Virus record (IMG/VR): IMGVR_UViG_3300011113_000415
Reading direction: 5' to 3' (one strand)
DNA: 64,000 bases
Source: a virus
Lineage: Duplodnaviria > Caudoviricetes
Part shown: piece by piece, positions 63,705-64,000 of the stretch
How the letters are laid out: each line of letters begins with the position of its first letter
Numbering within the stretch: position 1 is the stretch's first letter
Notes under the pieces: generated by a model
What the model saw: the letters and a program-made list of their open reading frames with translations, nothing else
What the model was told of the DNA's origin: nothing
Database searches by the model: none
Position numbers and translations under genes: made by a program

Positions 63705-64000
63705 ATGGAACAGTTCAAAAGTTGGGAAGAAATGTCTGCGCTAGAGCAAGCCCAGGCAACTTACTGGGACATGTACAAGGATGCCTATGGCGTTCGCCCT
63801 CGCGGTATTGATACGTCCGCATGGACCCTTGATGATTTTACATCTGAATTTGTTGCTCTCGGCAACGCCATTGAGGCTTCAGAAATCCAACGCCGTGACG
63901 CCGAAGCCAAAGCCATTGTCAAGTTCGAAGACCGTGTTGCAAATCTCATGCACCTCGGTACCAACCGCGAGCGTGTGATTGCCTGGCTCATGGACGCCGA
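63705..64000 (+). CDS. Hypothetical early protein, runs off the window
   Basis: AAGGAG SD, ATG 63705: MEQFKSWEEMSALEQ..YWDMYKDAYGVRPRG. Confidence 0.7.
   Translation, partial: MEQFKSWEEMSALEQAQATYWDMYKDAYGVRPRGIDTSAWTLDDFTSEFVALGNAIEASEIQRRDAEAKAIVKFEDRVANLMHLGTNRERVIAWLMDA

Noticed and set aside
1119-63991. Numerous short antisense or out-of-frame ORFs in the track (e.g. 17880-18437, 8910-9377, 30582-31094, 40611-41156)
   Set aside because: They overlap well-supported genes, lack SD/motif support and look like shadow ORFs
1-64000. Stop-codon reassignment
   Set aside because: Genes tile densely with the standard code, and TAA, TGA and TAG all terminate coupled genes
1-64000. tRNA/rRNA genes, integrase or transposon
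   Set aside because: None recognised by eye; intergenic gaps are mostly too short, but tRNAscan-SE should confirm

Overview
A gene-dense 64 kb segment of a large lytic tailed phage with T4-like/jumbo-type logic, read with the standard genetic code and almost entirely on the + strand. The TctC/Bug-type binding protein weakly suggests a betaproteobacterial host (inference). No tRNA, CRISPR array or integrase was seen by eye. Left to right it contains: (1) the end of a clamp-loader gene, a HAD phosphatase and PhoH; (2) late-expressed genes including a lysis set (spanins, GH19 endolysin, holin), lectin-like structural proteins, a DnaJ-ClpA pair and a TctC/sulfotransferase/APS-kinase-like operon; (3) a family of putative virion-packaged cargo polyproteins (4.6-6.6, 23.5-24.6 and 25.6-38.4 kb); (4) a replication core (PolB, probable sliding clamp, RNase H/FEN-like exonuclease); (5) a roughly 15 kb 7-deazaguanine DNA-modification island (DpdA-like, FolE, QueD, QueE, YhhQ, a DpdL-like T-fold protein, no QueC in the window) interleaved with glycosyltransferases, an epimerase, an aminotransferase, a B12 radical-SAM enzyme, an oxygenase and methyltransferases; (6) the start of an early region with sigma70-type promoters. 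Strongest candidates for undescribed biology: (a) a modular cargo system in which T4 capsid-targeting-like N-terminal leaders and a recurrent, nucleotide-conserved QGVAEG linker join swappable effector cassettes (nucleotidyltransferase, zincin peptidase, amidoligase, two ADP-ribosyltransferases, two GNATs, ParB, RNase-like); (b) a preQ1-I-like pseudoknot leader upstream of queD-yhhQ that overlaps an RBS-sequestering hairpin; (c) possible hypermodification of 7-deazaguanine DNA. All family assignments come from motif reading and recall, not database searches.
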